Part shown: one piece after another, positions 63,818-64,000 of the stretch | Layout: the number at the start of each line of letters is the position of its first letter | Numbering within the stretch: position 1 is the stretch's first letter | Origin: an uncultured Candidatus Binatia bacterium | GTDB taxonomy: Bacteria; Desulfobacterota; Binatia; Bin18 | Length of the DNA: 64,000 bases | Direction: 5' to 3' | Assembly (NCBI GenBank): GCA_965214755.1 | Contig: OZ243979.1 | Location: forward strand, 3,530,229 to 3,594,228 | Program-made: the position numbers and the translations under genes | The notes under the pieces: model-generated | The model's database searches: none | What the model saw: the letters and a program-made list of their open reading frames with translations, nothing else | What the model was told of the DNA's origin: nothing

Positions 63818-64000
63818 ATGAGCCCGCAAATGAGTACCCAGACCACCCGCCATTTTATTAACGGCGCCTATACCGAAGGGACGAGCGGCCACACTTTTGA
63901 GAACCGCCGGCCTACTGATAATGCGCTCATCAGCCATGTGTGCGAAGCCCGCCGGGCCGATGTTGATGCAGCCGTCCACGCGGCCAGGGCCGCCCTCAGC
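63818..64000 (+). CDS. aldehyde dehydrogenase family protein, N-terminal part (continues beyond window)
   Basis: Own translation: MSPQMSTQTTRHFINGAYTEGTSGHTFENRRPTDNALISHVCEARRADVDAAVHAARAALS. Classic ALDH N-terminus (..INGE......F...NP......V..A...DVD.AV.AA..A). Confidence 0.75.
   Translation, partial: MSPQMSTQTTRHFINGAYTEGTSGHTFENRRPTDNALISHVCEARRADVDAAVHAARAALS

Noticed and set aside
62752-63979. ORF 62752-63105 and the 88-codon N-terminal extension of ORF 62816-63979
   Set aside because: The first is antisense/overlapping to the rhodanese gene. The extension lacks an RBS, whereas ATG 63715 has AAGGAGG and matches the usual rhodanese N-terminus.
1-64000. tRNA, rRNA, tmRNA, transposase or integrase genes
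   Set aside because: I found no T-loop/anticodon-arm patterns, rRNA-like stretches or recombinase motifs while reading both strands. A tRNAscan/Infernal run would be decisive.

Overview
GC-rich (roughly 58-60% by eye) bacterial chromosomal segment, densely coding on both strands. All calls come from reading the sequence and ORF translations; no searches were run. Recognisable genes: four luciferase-like (LLM) oxidoreductase paralogues, an SDR, a CoA-transferase A/B pair, an esterase, a CbbQ/NorQ-type AAA+ ATPase, a uracil-DNA glycosylase, pepA, korAB, sppA, an iscS-iscU-iscA-hscB-hscA-iscX operon, a short UvrA paralogue, a folD-gcvT-gcvH-gcvPA-gcvPB operon, ald, MFS and DMT transporters, kynA-kynU, a DUF35/thiolase pair, a COG0523 GTPase, an acyl-CoA carboxyltransferase and a rhodanese. 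A ~6.8 kb restriction-modification island (40.0-46.8 kb) holds an MmeI-like type IIL enzyme and a PstI/BsuBI-type methylase/endonuclease. I saw no rRNA, tRNA, CRISPR array, transposase or integrase. The most unusual signal is a family of 12 dispersed 51-56 bp hairpin elements, here called HPE. Consensus: AAAGAGTAAACGTGTCC-AGC-(T-rich loop)-ATTGGA-GGACACGTTTACTCTTT. All 12 lie in the first 38.9 kb. Four sit in frame inside long ORFs (including gcvT), one supplies the only usable start codon of the glycosylase gene, two or three supply stop codons and C-terminal tails, and two end exactly 5 nt before an ATG. Compensatory arm substitutions indicate the hairpin itself is maintained. Secondary observations: two C-run/G-run mini-palindromes inside CDSs; an ~87% identical 69-nt direct repeat upstream of two operons in the R-M island; a split methylase fused to its endonuclease; a UvrA lacking the insertion domain; and two low-GC patches, one holding an ORF interrupted by an in-frame TAG.
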